From Spirochaetota bacterium (GTDB lineage Bacteria > Spirochaetota > Spirochaetia > SPDA01 > B32-G16), in contig QNBH01000001.1 of assembly GCA_003645645.1 (NCBI GenBank), forward strand, positions 1-61,883: a stretch of DNA of 61,883 nt. The letters are read 5' to 3'. Below, piece after piece: positions 8,305 to 18,795 of the stretch. Numbering within the stretch: position 1 is the stretch's first letter; the number at the start of each line of letters is the position of its first letter. The notes beneath the pieces were generated by a model. That model was given only the letters and a program-made list of their open reading frames with translations. It did not search any database and had not been told where the DNA came from. The position numbers and the translations under genes are program-made.

Positions 8305-9906
8305 ATGAGCGAAAAAGAACCCTATGTACTTGCTGTTGATATCGGAACATCCGGGGTAAAAACAGCAATAGTCTCCCTCAACAATGGAATTATTGGATGG
8401 GAGTTTCAGAAGACCAGGCTTATAATTCTCGACCGCGGAGGAGCAGAACAGGACCCCCTCGAATGGTGGGAAGCCTTTATCACTACCTCGAGGAGGCTGG
8501 TTAAAAGGTTCCCCCCTCAAGCAGAAAAACTAGCCCTTATAAGCTGTACAACTCAATGGTCGGGTACCGTACCGGTTGACAGAGAGGGAAATCCACTTAT
8601 GAATGCCATCATCTGGATGGATTCGAGGGGGGCACCGATAGTTAGGGAAATTACGCGTGGGAAAATCAACCTTCAGGGCTATGATATTTTTAAACTGTTA
8701 AGTTGGATTAGATCGACGGGAGGAATACCCGGCCATGCCGGAAAAGACTCCATAGCTCACATTCTTTATATAAAAGAAAAGCACCCCCACATCTACAGAG
8801 ACGTTTACAAGTTTCTCGAACCCAAAGATTACATCAATATGAAGCTTACGGGTAACTTCTTCGCTACATTCGATTCCATTGCGCTCCACTGGATAACGGA
8901 TAACAGGAATATAGGGAATGTCCATTATAAGGATAATCTTCTAAAATTTGTAAAAATAGATAAAGAAAAACTGCCGGAATTAAGAAGAGCTGTTGATATA
9001 ACAGGTAAAATAAAAAAAGAAGCGGCCGGGGAACTTGGAATACCCGAAGGTATTGAGGTTATAGGTGGAACACCCGATGTACATTCGGCCTGCATTGGTT
9101 CGGGCGCTGTGAAGGATTACGAACCTCATCTTTACATTGGAACATCGTCCTGGATAAGCTGTCATGTTCCTTTTAAAAAAACAGATTTACTCCACAATAT
9201 GGCAACCCTACCATCGGCAATACCCGATAGATACATATTGGCGGATGAGCAGGAAACCGCAGGCGCATGTCTCGATTTCATTTACGATATACTGCTCTCC
9301 GGTAATGACTCTAATAAGAAAGCATCCCCTGGCGAAAATAAGTATGAGATACTCGAAGCTCTTGCACAAAGGGCAGAAGCTGGCAGCGGAGGCGTAATAT
9401 TTACCCCCTGGCTCTTTGGAGAGAGAACTCCTGTTGAAAACAGCAATCTAAGGTCCTGCTTCTATAATGTTTCTCTCAATACAACGAGAGAACAATTTGT
9501 AAGAGCGGTGTATGAAGGGGTGGCTTTTAACACAAAATGGCTTCTTTATTATGTAGAAAAATTCGTAAAGAAGAAGTTTGCCCATCTGAATATTATAGGA
9601 GGTGGTGCATATTCAGACTTCTGGTGCCAGCTCTTTGCAGACATCCTGGGCTGTACAATAAGACAGATTGAGCAACCGGGACTTGCCAATCTGAGAGGAG
9701 CCGCATTCCTCGGATTCATCGCACGCCGAGTTATTGCTGCTGATAGGATACATGAATATGTGCCTGTTAAAAATATTTTTACCCCGAATCAGGAAAAAGA
9801 GAAACTTTACAAAGAAATGTTTAAAACCTTTCTCGATATTTACAGGAGAAACAGAAAAATATTCAACCGCATAAATATTAAAAGTTTTACCGGAGGAGTA
9901 AATTGA
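8305..9906 (+). CDS. FGGY-family carbohydrate kinase (xylulokinase-like)
   Basis: N-terminal [16 protein letters not shown]; the FGGY N- and C-domain pattern ([14 protein letters not shown]...[20 protein letters not shown]). Confidence 0.8.
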   Translation: MSEKEPYVLAVDIGTSGVKTAIVSLNNGIIGWEFQKTRLIILDRGGAEQDPLEWWEAFITTSRRLVKRFPPQAEKLALISCTTQWSGTVPVDREGNPLMNAIIWMDSRGAPIVREITRGKINLQGYDIFKLLSWIRSTGGIPGHAGKDSIAHILYIKEKHPHIYRDVYKFLEPKDYINMKLTGNFFATFDSIALHWITDNRNIGNVHYKDNLLKFVKIDKEKLPELRRAVDITGKIKKEAAGELGIPEGIEVIGGTPDVHSACIGSGAVKDYEPHLYIGTSSWISCHVPFKKTDLLHNMATLPSAIPDRYILADEQETAGACLDFIYDILLSGNDSNKKASPGENKYEILEALAQRAEAGSGGVIFTPWLFGERTPVENSNLRSCFYNVSLNTTREQFVRAVYEGVAFNTKWLLYYVEKFVKKKFAHLNIIGGGAYSDFWCQLFADILGCTIRQIEQPGLANLRGAAFLGFIARRVIAADRIHEYVPVKNIFTPNQEKEKLYKEMFKTFLDIYRRNRKIFNRINIKSFTGGVN

Positions 9907-11420
9907 AAAAAATTAGAACTAAAAGGACAATTACACAAAAGCTCCTGGGCGGAGGCATGAAGGCTCTCAAACTACTGCCCCATGTACAGAAAAAAATCAA
10001 CGAAGAGTACGGGAATATACTGGAAGAACTTGAAAAGATGGCAAAACCATATAATAAAAATCTTCCTCTTGTAAAATCGATACCCGAACAGGGATGGGAG
10101 AAAAGAGAAATTATAGATCTTATGGAGGGTCTTAACAGAAGAGAGGAGAATAGATGGAAAGAAGGATATGTCTCGGGGGCAGTGTACCACGGAGGTGAAG
10201 AGCATCTCAACTTTCTAAACGGGATCTATGCTCTAAACTCTCAAAGCAATCCTCTCCATTCAGATCTATGGCCCAGCACAATTAAATACGAATCAGAGAT
10301 TGTGGCAATGACGGCCGAGATGTTCCATGCCAATGATATCAAAAATGACAATCCGGTTTTCGGCGGCAGGGTATGCGGAAATGTTACATCAGGAGGTACC
10401 GAGAGCATCCTTCTAGCAATGAAAACCTACCGTGACTGGGGGAGAAAGGAGAGAGGAATAAAGAAGCCGGAGATGGTAGTCCCTGTTACAGCCCACGCTG
10501 CATTCGAAAAGGCGGGACAATATTTCAATATCAAAGTGGTTAAAATACCGGTAGATAAAGATTACAAGGCTGATACGGAAAAAGCAAAGAGTGCGATAAC
10601 AAGAAACACTGTTGTTCTGGTGGGGTCGGCACCGGGTTTCCCTCACGGTATTATAGATCCTCTGCCGGAACTTTCGGAGATAGCACTAAAGAGAAAAATC
10701 GGTTTTCATGTAGATGCCTGTTTGGGAGGGTTTATTCTTCCATGGGCCGAAAAACTCGGATATTCTGTTCCTGTCTTTGATTTCAGACTTCCCGGTGTAA
10801 CCTCCATTTCAGCCGATACTCACAAATACGGTTATGCGGCAAAGGGCAGTTCAGTCATCCTCTACCGGGGAGAGGCATTGAGGCGTTATCAGTATTTCAA
10901 AACCACAGAATGGCCGGGTGGGCTTTATTTCTCTCCTACATTTGCCGGATCCAGACCGGGGGGATTGAGCGCGGTTTGCTGGGCCTCCCTGGTGTCAATG
11001 GGTAAGAAAGGATATACAGAGGCAACTGATAAAATTCTTAAAACCGCCGGAATTATTAAAGAAGGAATTAAATCCATATCGGAGTTATTCATATTCGGTG
11101 ACCCCCTCTGGGTAATAGCATTCGGTTCCGCCAACCTTGACATCTATAGAATACTCGACTATATGAATGAGAAAAAGTGGAGTTTAAACGGGCTCCACTA
11201 TCCGGAAGCCGTCCATATCTGCGTAACCTTAAGACATACACTCCCCGGAGTTCCCGAAAGGTTTATAGCTGATTTGAAAGATGCTGTAAAACATGTAAGG
11301 GGAAATCCCCGGGATAAGGGTAAAATGGCACCAATCTACGGAATGGCCGCCGGTTTACCCGACAGAAGCATGATAGCAGAACTCATGGATCAATACATGG
11401 ATCTGCTGTACAGCTTTTGA
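9903..11420 (+). CDS. Sphingosine-1-phosphate-lyase-like PLP-dependent enzyme (group II decarboxylase fold)
   Basis: [34 protein letters not shown]...[18 protein letters not shown] closely follows the S1P-lyase active-site block, including the PLP lysine in THKYG. A TTG at 9903 overlaps the kinase stop; an alternative start is ATG 9957. Confidence 0.75.
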   Translation: MKKIRTKRTITQKLLGGGMKALKLLPHVQKKINEEYGNILEELEKMAKPYNKNLPLVKSIPEQGWEKREIIDLMEGLNRREENRWKEGYVSGAVYHGGEEHLNFLNGIYALNSQSNPLHSDLWPSTIKYESEIVAMTAEMFHANDIKNDNPVFGGRVCGNVTSGGTESILLAMKTYRDWGRKERGIKKPEMVVPVTAHAAFEKAGQYFNIKVVKIPVDKDYKADTEKAKSAITRNTVVLVGSAPGFPHGIIDPLPELSEIALKRKIGFHVDACLGGFILPWAEKLGYSVPVFDFRLPGVTSISADTHKYGYAAKGSSVILYRGEALRRYQYFKTTEWPGGLYFSPTFAGSRPGGLSAVCWASLVSMGKKGYTEATDKILKTAGIIKEGIKSISELFIFGDPLWVIAFGSANLDIYRILDYMNEKKWSLNGLHYPEAVHICVTLRHTLPGVPERFIADLKDAVKHVRGNPRDKGKMAPIYGMAAGLPDRSMIAELMDQYMDLLYSF

Positions 11421-11431
11421 GGATGGTGCAA

Positions 11432-11460
11432 TTGACATTTATCTTTCACTGATTAATAAT
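11432..11460 (+). promoter_or_regulatory. Candidate sigma70-type promoter upstream of pyrG
   Basis: TTGACA (11432-11437), 16-17 nt, then TAATAAT (11454-11460). It would leave almost no leader before ATG 11469, and no SD is visible, so this is uncertain. Confidence 0.3.
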
Positions 11461-11468
11461 CCAATTAC

Positions 11469-13106
11469 ATGTCAAAATATATTTTCGTTACCGGAGGTGT
11501 ATGTTCCAGTCTCGGTAAGGGAGTTGCTGCCGCGTCCATAGGAAGCCTTCTTGAATGCATGGATTTAAAGGTTCGTATGATCAAGATAGATCCCTACATC
11601 AATGTGGATGCTGGAACCATGAGTCCCTACCAGCACGGAGAAGTCTATGTAACCGATGATGGAGCTGAAACCGATCTCGATCTTGGAAATTACGAAAGAT
11701 TTACCTCCTCTCCCCTGTCTCAAGCCCACTCCATAACCACCGGACAAATCTACCAGGAGGTAATCAAAAAAGAGAGGGAGGGGAGGTTTCTGGGCAGAAC
11801 GGTTCAGGTCATACCTCATATCACCGACGAAATAAAAAGACGCATCTACCTGATAGGTGAACAGCCGGAAGTAGATATCACCATTACAGAAATAGGTGGT
11901 ACCGTAGGCGATATTGAATCCATCCCTTTCCTGGAAGCGGCAAGGCAATTTATACACGACCTGGGGGAAAAATACGTTTTATTCGTTCATCTAACCCTTA
12001 TCCCCATGGTTATAGGTGGAGAGCTCAAGACAAAACCCACCCAGCACTCGGTTAAAGCTCTCAGGGAAATAGGCATCCAGCCGGATATCCTCCTGTGCAG
12101 GGCGCCTTATCAACTCGACGAAAGTCTCAAACAAAAAATCTCCCTGTTCACTAATGTAGAGGTTGAGGCGGTCATTTCAGCTTACGATATAAAGACTTCC
12201 ATCTACGAGATCCCCCTTCTTTTTCACAAGCAAAGGCTTGATGAGATAGTTCTTAAAAAGCTTGGCATTCCCGAGAGATCGACCAATTTAAACCGATGGG
12301 AAAATGTAGTCAATACCTACAACAGGGCAACCAGAAAGACAAAAATAGCTATAGTGGGTAAATATGTGGACCTTCACGACACTTACAAATCGATACACGA
12401 GGCTATTTTACACGGGGGGATTGCAAACAATTCAAAAATTGAAATAAAATATGTTGATTCGGAAAAACTGGAGAAAGACGGTAAACTGTTAGAGGAGAGT
12501 TTCAGCGACATCAACGGCATTCTGGTGCCCGGAGGGTTTGGTCAGCGGGGTATTCAGGGCATGATAGAAGCGGCGCGATACGCCAGAGAGAAGGGCATTG
12601 TTTATCTCGGAATATGTCTTGGTATGCAGATAATGGTAATTGAATATGCACGCAATGTGCTTAAGCTTGAAGACGCTGACAGTACAGAGTTCTCTCCCGG
12701 TTGCCGGCATCCGGTTATTACCCTGCTTACCGAACAGGTGGATATAAAGGCATACGGAGGCACCATGAGGCTCGGCAAAAACGAAACCCATCTCCTTGAA
12801 GGTACCCTTATTAGAGAAATTTACAACTCTCCCGTTACTTCTGAAAGGCACAGACACCGTTACGAGGTCTCCAACAAATACCGTAAAGCCTACATAGAGG
12901 CCGGGCTCATAATAAGCGGGGTAACGCCGGATGGTTCGCTCGTAGAAGCTGTGGAATGGCCGAATCATCCCTGGGGTATTGGGGTACAGTATCACCCGGA
13001 GTTTAAATCAAAACCCTTCATGGCTCACCCTCTTTTTAAGAGTTTTATTAAGGCGAGTCTGGAAACAGCCAGGATTAGAAATGAAAAGAGTGAAAGAGAA
13101 AATTAA
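11469..13106 (+). CDS. pyrG: CTP synthase
   Basis: MSKYIFVTGGVCSSLGKG..., and a C-terminal glutamine amidotransferase domain with GICLGMQ and the HRHRYE motif; 545 aa. Confidence 0.97.
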   Translation: MSKYIFVTGGVCSSLGKGVAAASIGSLLECMDLKVRMIKIDPYINVDAGTMSPYQHGEVYVTDDGAETDLDLGNYERFTSSPLSQAHSITTGQIYQEVIKKEREGRFLGRTVQVIPHITDEIKRRIYLIGEQPEVDITITEIGGTVGDIESIPFLEAARQFIHDLGEKYVLFVHLTLIPMVIGGELKTKPTQHSVKALREIGIQPDILLCRAPYQLDESLKQKISLFTNVEVEAVISAYDIKTSIYEIPLLFHKQRLDEIVLKKLGIPERSTNLNRWENVVNTYNRATRKTKIAIVGKYVDLHDTYKSIHEAILHGGIANNSKIEIKYVDSEKLEKDGKLLEESFSDINGILVPGGFGQRGIQGMIEAARYAREKGIVYLGICLGMQIMVIEYARNVLKLEDADSTEFSPGCRHPVITLLTEQVDIKAYGGTMRLGKNETHLLEGTLIREIYNSPVTSERHRHRYEVSNKYRKAYIEAGLIISGVTPDGSLVEAVEWPNHPWGIGVQYHPEFKSKPFMAHPLFKSFIKASLETARIRNEKSEREN

Positions 13107-13659
13107 ACCGATTATACTTTTTGGGGTAATTTTAAGCCTCTTAAGATTGCTATTCTCATGCAGTCTGGATTACGAGAAAGCCATGCTGGTCGAAGAGCTT
13201 TCCGAAGAAATCCCCGATACAATAATATATAATTTTACCCAGACAAAGGTTATAGACGGGAACATAAGGTACAGGGTTTATGCCGCCCGTGCGGAGAATT
13301 ATGAAAAGAGAAAACAAACAGTGCTTACAGATGTGCACTTCAGGGAGTACAACGAAGAAGGAGAAGTAATTACAGAGGGGCGTGCAGATCAAATTACCTT
13401 TTTTACAGAAACAGAAAATGCACAACTTTCCGGAAATCTCGATTTTTATTCTGCTCTGGAAGAAGCAAGAATTTCCGGGGAGTATTTGATATGGAATAAC
13501 GAGAGAAAAACTCTATCCAGTGAAAAACAGGACCTGATTAAAATCGAAAAAGATTCAGGCTCGAAAGTAATGGGAAGGGGATTTGAAGCGGATTTCACGC
13601 AGAAAAGTATCTTTTTCTCCGAAGAAGTTGCTGGAGAATGGGTTGATGAAGAAGAATAG
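13081..13659 (+). CDS. lptC: LptC-like lipopolysaccharide export protein (lipoprotein-type N-terminus)
   Basis: I set the start at ATG 13081 (MKRVKEKIKPIILFGVILSLLRLLFSC). It has LptC/DUF1239-like beta-jellyroll sequence and sits immediately upstream of lptA-lptB. Confidence 0.6.
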   Translation: MKRVKEKIKPIILFGVILSLLRLLFSCSLDYEKAMLVEELSEEIPDTIIYNFTQTKVIDGNIRYRVYAARAENYEKRKQTVLTDVHFREYNEEGEVITEGRADQITFFTETENAQLSGNLDFYSALEEARISGEYLIWNNERKTLSSEKQDLIKIEKDSGSKVMGRGFEADFTQKSIFFSEEVAGEWVDEEE

Positions 13660-14314
13660 GATAGGAGCTCTCCTTGCCACTTTTATGTTTTTTTTCATCA
13701 TAATACCTCTTGTGGGAAAAACCTTTCAATTTTCCGGTGACAGAATGTACACCGTAATGGCAAAGGGTAAAGAGCACACCTTTCTAACGGGAAATGCCAC
13801 TATAATTACCGAAAGCACAACGATCCAGGCAGAAGAGATAGAGCTTTACGGTCGGGACTCCAGGTATGCAATTTGCAAGGGAGGAGTATCTATAAAGGAC
13901 GAAGAGAAAGGGATAGTGCTGAGCACGGAAAGCCTTTTTTTCGACCGTGAAGAGGAAATAACGAGGGTAAAAGGCTACGTGGAGATGATAGATCAAAAAA
14001 ACGAGCTTGTGGCAAAAGCAGGTTTTCTGGAACACTTCGGAAAAGAAGATATAATCATCCTCCAGATAGGGGTTCGCATTCTTAAAGAAGATATGGCATG
14101 CAGGTCCGAGTTTGCCCGTTATCGAAGAGAAGAAGAGATACTTGAACTTTCGGGAATGCCTTTTGTATTCTGGAAGGGAGACGAATACAGAGCCTCCAGG
14201 ATCGTAATAAATCTGGATACCGATGAGATACAACTGGAAGGAGAAGTAAAGGGTAAAATCATCTCCGAAGAGAAAGGGGAAGAGAAGAGCAAGGAGAATG
14301 ACTCCGGCCAATGA
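13646..14314 (+). CDS. lptA: LptA/OstA-N-domain protein
   Basis: ATG 13646 ([24 protein letters not shown] signal). It has the OstA-like repeat pattern and lies between lptC and lptB. Confidence 0.6.
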   Translation: MKKNRIGALLATFMFFFIIIPLVGKTFQFSGDRMYTVMAKGKEHTFLTGNATIITESTTIQAEEIELYGRDSRYAICKGGVSIKDEEKGIVLSTESLFFDREEEITRVKGYVEMIDQKNELVAKAGFLEHFGKEDIIILQIGVRILKEDMACRSEFARYRREEEILELSGMPFVFWKGDEYRASRIVINLDTDEIQLEGEVKGKIISEEKGEEKSKENDSGQ

Positions 14315-15051
14315 ATAACGGTAACGGCTCCATTCTGGCTGTAGAAGGCCTAAAAAAAAGATTCGGCAGAAAAATTGCAGTGCAGGATGTAAGCTTCTCA
14401 ATGAACGAAGGGGAAGTGGTGGGACTTCTAGGACCCAACGGTGCCGGTAAGACAACTGTTTTTTATATGATCGTTGGATTTGTTAAGCCCACATCGGGTA
14501 GAATCACACTAAACGGTAAGGATATCACCAGGCTCCCCATGTATAAGAGAGCCCGGGAGGGTATTTCCTATCTTCCCCAGGAAGCTTCTGTATTCAGAAA
14601 ACTAACGGTAAAAAAGAATATTCAGGCTATTCTTGAGACGAGAAGGGATCTTTCTCGAGCCGAGAAGAGAAAAAAATTAGACGCTTTACTTAATGAACTC
14701 GGAATCTTGCAGGTTAAGAACCAGAAAGCCTTTACACTATCCGGTGGTGAGCGAAGAAGAACCGAAATAGCCCGTTCTCTTGCCATCGAACCGCGTTTCC
14801 TCCTTCTCGACGAGCCTTTTGCCGGCATCGATCCCATCGCAGTGTACGAAATAAAAAGAATTGTTAAGCTGCTCTCAGAAAGAGGTATAGGCGTTCTTAT
14901 AACCGATCATAATGTAAGAGATGCACTGGAAATTACCCACAGGTCATATATCATTCATCTGGGAGAAATTCTCGTAAATGGGACACGAGAGGAACTTCTG
15001 GAGAGTGATATAGCCCGTAAAATCTACCTTGGTAATGAGTTCAGAATGTAA
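14311..15051 (+). CDS. lptB: LPS export ABC transporter ATP-binding protein
   Basis: [29 protein letters not shown]; about 246 aa, and its position before rpoN is canonical. Confidence 0.9.
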   Translation: MNNGNGSILAVEGLKKRFGRKIAVQDVSFSMNEGEVVGLLGPNGAGKTTVFYMIVGFVKPTSGRITLNGKDITRLPMYKRAREGISYLPQEASVFRKLTVKKNIQAILETRRDLSRAEKRKKLDALLNELGILQVKNQKAFTLSGGERRRTEIARSLAIEPRFLLLDEPFAGIDPIAVYEIKRIVKLLSERGIGVLITDHNVRDALEITHRSYIIHLGEILVNGTREELLESDIARKIYLGNEFRM

Positions 15052-15061
15052 CGGTAAAACA

Positions 15062-15090
15062 TTGACAAACCCTCTTCAGTAATCCATTAT
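15062..15090 (+). promoter_or_regulatory. Candidate sigma70-type promoter upstream of rpoN
   Basis: TTGACA (15062-15067), a 17-nt spacer, then CATTAT (15085-15090). Confidence 0.3.
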
Positions 15091-15183
15091 TAATAGTGTA
15101 CTTAAATACCTGGGTGCAGATAAATCCCGAAAGCCCATCCGAGAGCCGGATCATTTAAACAGTAGGTTAAGTGGGGGAATTGC

Positions 15184-16557
15184 TTGGAACAGCGACAGAA
15201 ACCAGTAGTTTCACAGGAACAAAAGCTGAGAATGAATCCTCAGCTTTATCAATCGATCCAGCTCATGACTCTTCCAATACAGGAACTGCGTTTCCGAATA
15301 CAGGAAGAACTGGAGAGAAACCCTGCCCTGGAAGTGATTGAAGAACATACCGACGCCTCAATTGAGGAAATTTCAGACAGAGAAAACAACGAAGAGTACG
15401 ATTATTTTGAAAACACCTCAGACCCCGGTTACACCATTTCCTACGATGAAGAGTCCAGCGATAACAAAAAAAGATTTATTGAAGGTGCCCTGTCCAGACC
15501 GGAATCGCTCCAGGAACATCTTCTCTGGCAGCTTCGGCTTCAACCCATCCCTGAAAGATGGTTCGAAACAGGTGAGCTGCTTATACGAAACTTAGATGAA
15601 AATGGTTTCCATCGAGAACCGCCGGAACTTCTGGTTAAACCGGAAGAGAGACCCATAGTAGAGAAAGTAACAAAAATTATTCAGAGTTTCGACCCCATCG
15701 GAGTTTGTACCAGGGATTACAAAGAATCCTTAATAGTACAAGCCGGAAAATCCCCCGATTCACCACCCGCTGCTGTAGAGATTTTGAAAAATCATCTTCC
15801 CCTTCTCGAAAAGGGCAAACATGATGAGATTGCAAAAAAAATGAAGAAAACTAAAGAGGAAGTTGAGAAAGCTGTTGAGTTTATAAAGACCTTAAACCCC
15901 TTCCCCGGAAGATTATACTCAAATGAACTTCCCAGATACGTTATTCCAGACCTGATAGTAACGATCAAGGAAGGGAACTTTGTAATCATTTTAAACGATG
16001 AAGAAATTCCAGTACTTGGAATAAACTCCTTCTTTAAGAATGTGTTGCAAGCAAAAAACAAGGCTCCCAATATAAAAAACTTTGTAAAAACAAATATAAA
16101 AAATGCCAACTGGTTTATTAGAAGTATAAAACGACGCAACGAGACCCTCCTTCGAATTTCAAAAGCTATTGTGGAGTTTCAGAAAGACTTCTTTTTAAAA
16201 GGACCAAAATATCTTCGTCCGCTAACATTAAAGGATATTGCCGATGAAGTGGGGGTACATGAGACCACGGTTTCCCGAATTTCCAACTCAAAGTATGTCC
16301 AAACAGAGTGGGGTATCTTCGAACTAAAATACTTCTTTTCCAATTCTATCTCCGGTGCAGGTTCGGGAGGATCGAGATTCTCAAAGGAAGCAGTTAAACA
16401 AATTATAAAAGAAATAATCAAAGAAAACTCAGAAGGGAAAAGACTTTCCGATCAAAAAATTACCGAGGCTCTGGAGAACAGGGGGATCAAACTGGCCAGA
16501 AGAACAGTCGCAAAATATAGAAAAGAACTGGATATTGCATCTTCTTACGAGAGATGA
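15184..16557 (+). CDS. rpoN: RNA polymerase sigma-54 factor
   Basis: The N-terminal Q/L-rich region I (QKLRMNPQLYQSIQLMTLPIQEL), the core-binding region, and the C-terminal RpoN box ARRTVAKYR. The start is TTG. Confidence 0.95.
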   Translation: MEQRQKPVVSQEQKLRMNPQLYQSIQLMTLPIQELRFRIQEELERNPALEVIEEHTDASIEEISDRENNEEYDYFENTSDPGYTISYDEESSDNKKRFIEGALSRPESLQEHLLWQLRLQPIPERWFETGELLIRNLDENGFHREPPELLVKPEERPIVEKVTKIIQSFDPIGVCTRDYKESLIVQAGKSPDSPPAAVEILKNHLPLLEKGKHDEIAKKMKKTKEEVEKAVEFIKTLNPFPGRLYSNELPRYVIPDLIVTIKEGNFVIILNDEEIPVLGINSFFKNVLQAKNKAPNIKNFVKTNIKNANWFIRSIKRRNETLLRISKAIVEFQKDFFLKGPKYLRPLTLKDIADEVGVHETTVSRISNSKYVQTEWGIFELKYFFSNSISGAGSGGSRFSKEAVKQIIKEIIKENSEGKRLSDQKITEALENRGIKLARRTVAKYRKELDIASSYER

Positions 16558-16599
16558 TTTTTTATATAAATTAAATTTATTTTTCACAGTGGAGGAATC

Positions 16600-16896
16600 A
16601 TGGATAATATCGAAATTAAAGGTGTTCATTTTAATGTCAGCGATGATGCAAAAGAGTACATCCATAAGAAGCTCCATAGAATTGATTATGCCAGCGATCT
16701 CATCGTAGATCTTTTATTTACTCTTACAAAAGAAAAAAAGGGATATACCCTGGTAGCCAACATAAACTTCAGGTGGGGATATTCTACCCATATCGAAGTT
16801 AAAAATTTTGACCTCTTTGAAGGAATAGATAAATTGATGGATAAACTGGAATTGAAAGTTACCAAGGAAAAAGAAAAAATACAGGAACATACTTAA
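16600..16896 (+). CDS. hpf: Ribosome hibernation-promoting factor (short HPF/RaiA type)
   Basis: 98 aa; the sigma-54-modulation-protein fold pattern (IEIKGVHFNVSDDAKEYIHKKL) and its position after rpoN. Confidence 0.8.
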   Translation: MDNIEIKGVHFNVSDDAKEYIHKKLHRIDYASDLIVDLLFTLTKEKKGYTLVANINFRWGYSTHIEVKNFDLFEGIDKLMDKLELKVTKEKEKIQEHT

Positions 16897-16966
16897 AGGG
16901 GTAACTTTTGCTTACTCGGTTATGTTCTTTATTTGGAAGTGAATCTATATAAAATCGGGGAAACTT

Positions 16967-17950
16967 ATGAAAAACTTTACAGTACTTGATCTGATAGATA
17001 TGGACTTAAAAGAACACAACTCCCTGAATCTGCGATGTATTGGGGGGCGGAAAGGTCTGGTAAGAGAGATAACAGTACCTGAACTGAACAGACCGGGGCT
17101 CGCTCTGAGTGGGTTCTTCGACAACTTTGCATTTCAGAGAATACAGATATTCGGAAGGGGAGAGAATGCCTATCTCAGGAAACTCGAGAAAGAAGACAAT
17201 ACCAGAACTCTGGCAGAGATGTTTTCCTATGAGTTTCCCTGCAGTATATTCACCCATAACCTTCAGCCTACAAAAGACTTTACGGAAATCTCTGAAAGAA
17301 TGAATTGCCCTATGCTATCAACAGATCTCACCACCTCTGAACTTACCACGAGGTTGGTATGGGCCTTAAGCAACGTTTTTGCACCTCAAAAAACAATACA
17401 CGGCGTTCTTGTAGAAGTTTACGGAATAGGGGTTCTTATTACCGGCAGGAGCGGGGTGGGAAAGAGTGAAACTGCTTTAGAGCTTATAGAACGCGGACAT
17501 AGACTTGTCTCTGATGATGTGGTTGAAATAAAGTGTGTAAGCGGAAGTGTGCTCATGGGATCTGGAGCCAATAAAGTGATTGGACATCACATGGAGATTA
17601 GAGGGCTTGGTATTATCAATATTGCCCATCTGTACGGAGTTGCAGCCATACGGGATAAGAAACAGATACAACTGGTGGTGGAACTGGAAACCTGGGATCC
17701 AGAAAAGGAATACGATCGTCTGGGCTCTCATGAGAATACCACTGAGCTACTCGGTGTTAGTGTACCATATTTAAAAATTCCGGTGAAACCAGGAAGAAAT
17801 GTGCCCATCCTTATCGAAACTGCAGCCATGAATGAAAGGCTTAAAAAAATGGGTTATCACTCTGCAAAAGAATTTAATCAGAATATCCTTAAATGGCTTG
17901 AAAGTGAAAGTATCCGGTCAGTATATTCCAAAAAGAAATCGTTCAGATAG
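16967..17950 (+). CDS. hprK: HPr kinase/phosphorylase
   Basis: Walker A GRSGVGKSETALELIERGHRLVSDD and the signature HMEIRGLGIINI. Confidence 0.95.
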   Translation: MKNFTVLDLIDMDLKEHNSLNLRCIGGRKGLVREITVPELNRPGLALSGFFDNFAFQRIQIFGRGENAYLRKLEKEDNTRTLAEMFSYEFPCSIFTHNLQPTKDFTEISERMNCPMLSTDLTTSELTTRLVWALSNVFAPQKTIHGVLVEVYGIGVLITGRSGVGKSETALELIERGHRLVSDDVVEIKCVSGSVLMGSGANKVIGHHMEIRGLGIINIAHLYGVAAIRDKKQIQLVVELETWDPEKEYDRLGSHENTTELLGVSVPYLKIPVKPGRNVPILIETAAMNERLKKMGYHSAKEFNQNILKWLESESIRSVYSKKKSFR

Positions 17951-17964
17951 GAAACAGACGAGTC

Positions 17965-18231
17965 ATGGTAGAAAAAAAGATAACAATCAAAAACAGAGCC
18001 GGTATTCATGCCCGGCCGGCAGCAATGATAGTTCAATTGGCAAACAAATTCGAGTCTGATATTTATTTCGAAAAGGACAACGATAGAATAAACGGAAAAT
18101 CAATAATGGGAATAATCACATTGGGTGCAGGATACAATACTACACTCAAAATAATTGCCGAAGGAACGGATGAGGAAGAAGCCCTTGCATCTATTGCCAA
18201 ATTATTTGAGACAAAGTTCGAGGAGGAATAA
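17965..18231 (+). CDS. ptsH: Phosphocarrier protein HPr/NPr
   Basis: 88 aa. It carries the His-15 motif GIHARPA and the Ser-46 region NGKSIMG. Confidence 0.9.
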   Translation: MVEKKITIKNRAGIHARPAAMIVQLANKFESDIYFEKDNDRINGKSIMGIITLGAGYNTTLKIIAEGTDEEEALASIAKLFETKFEEE

Positions 18232-18793
18232 GACTCGAATCAGCCTGTTGTTTTTTATCCTTCTTACGGTGCAACCCTATCTCAATGCACAGGAAACTAT
18301 CCTGACAGTAACGGCCGAGGGGAAAAATCTTTACATCTTTCTTAAACTTGCAAATTACCCGGAGGAAAAGCTTCTCTCATCTTTAAGAGAAGGTTTCAAG
18401 GCAGAAATTGCTTTTAATATTCGTCTTTACAGAAAAAGCCGTGGAATCCTTCGATATTTTGGGGATAGGATGGTCTACGAAGCACATCCCACTTATGAAG
18501 CAGGCTGGGATATCTTTCACAAGCAGTTCTTTTTAACAGGGGATGACGGAAGCTCCAGGATGTTTAAGAATAAGGACAAATTTTTACTCGCTTTTTTTAC
18601 TCTAAAAAATTATCCCGTTGAGCTGAAAGAAACAGATCCTTTAGAGGGCTATTATATTCTGGGAAGCATAAGCCTCAATACAATAAAACTTGTGCCTCCC
18701 TTCAATATATTATCTTTTCTGTTGCCAAAGAATCAGAAAGTAACTCCATGGGAAAGGATCGATCTGAGCCAACTTAAACCAGGAGGAGGTTAA
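18155..18793 (+). CDS. DUF4390-like protein preceding the NtrY-like kinase; start uncertain
   Basis: Signal-like LLFFILLTVQPYLNAQ. The position directly upstream of an NtrY-type kinase is typical for DUF4390. The real start may be TTG 18248 rather than ATG 18155, which overlaps ptsH. Confidence 0.5.
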   Translation: MPKERMRKKPLHLLPNYLRQSSRRNKTRISLLFFILLTVQPYLNAQETILTVTAEGKNLYIFLKLANYPEEKLLSSLREGFKAEIAFNIRLYRKSRGILRYFGDRMVYEAHPTYEAGWDIFHKQFFLTGDDGSSRMFKNKDKFLLAFFTLKNYPVELKETDPLEGYYILGSISLNTIKLVPPFNILSFLLPKNQKVTPWERIDLSQLKPGGG

Positions 18794-18795
18794 CA

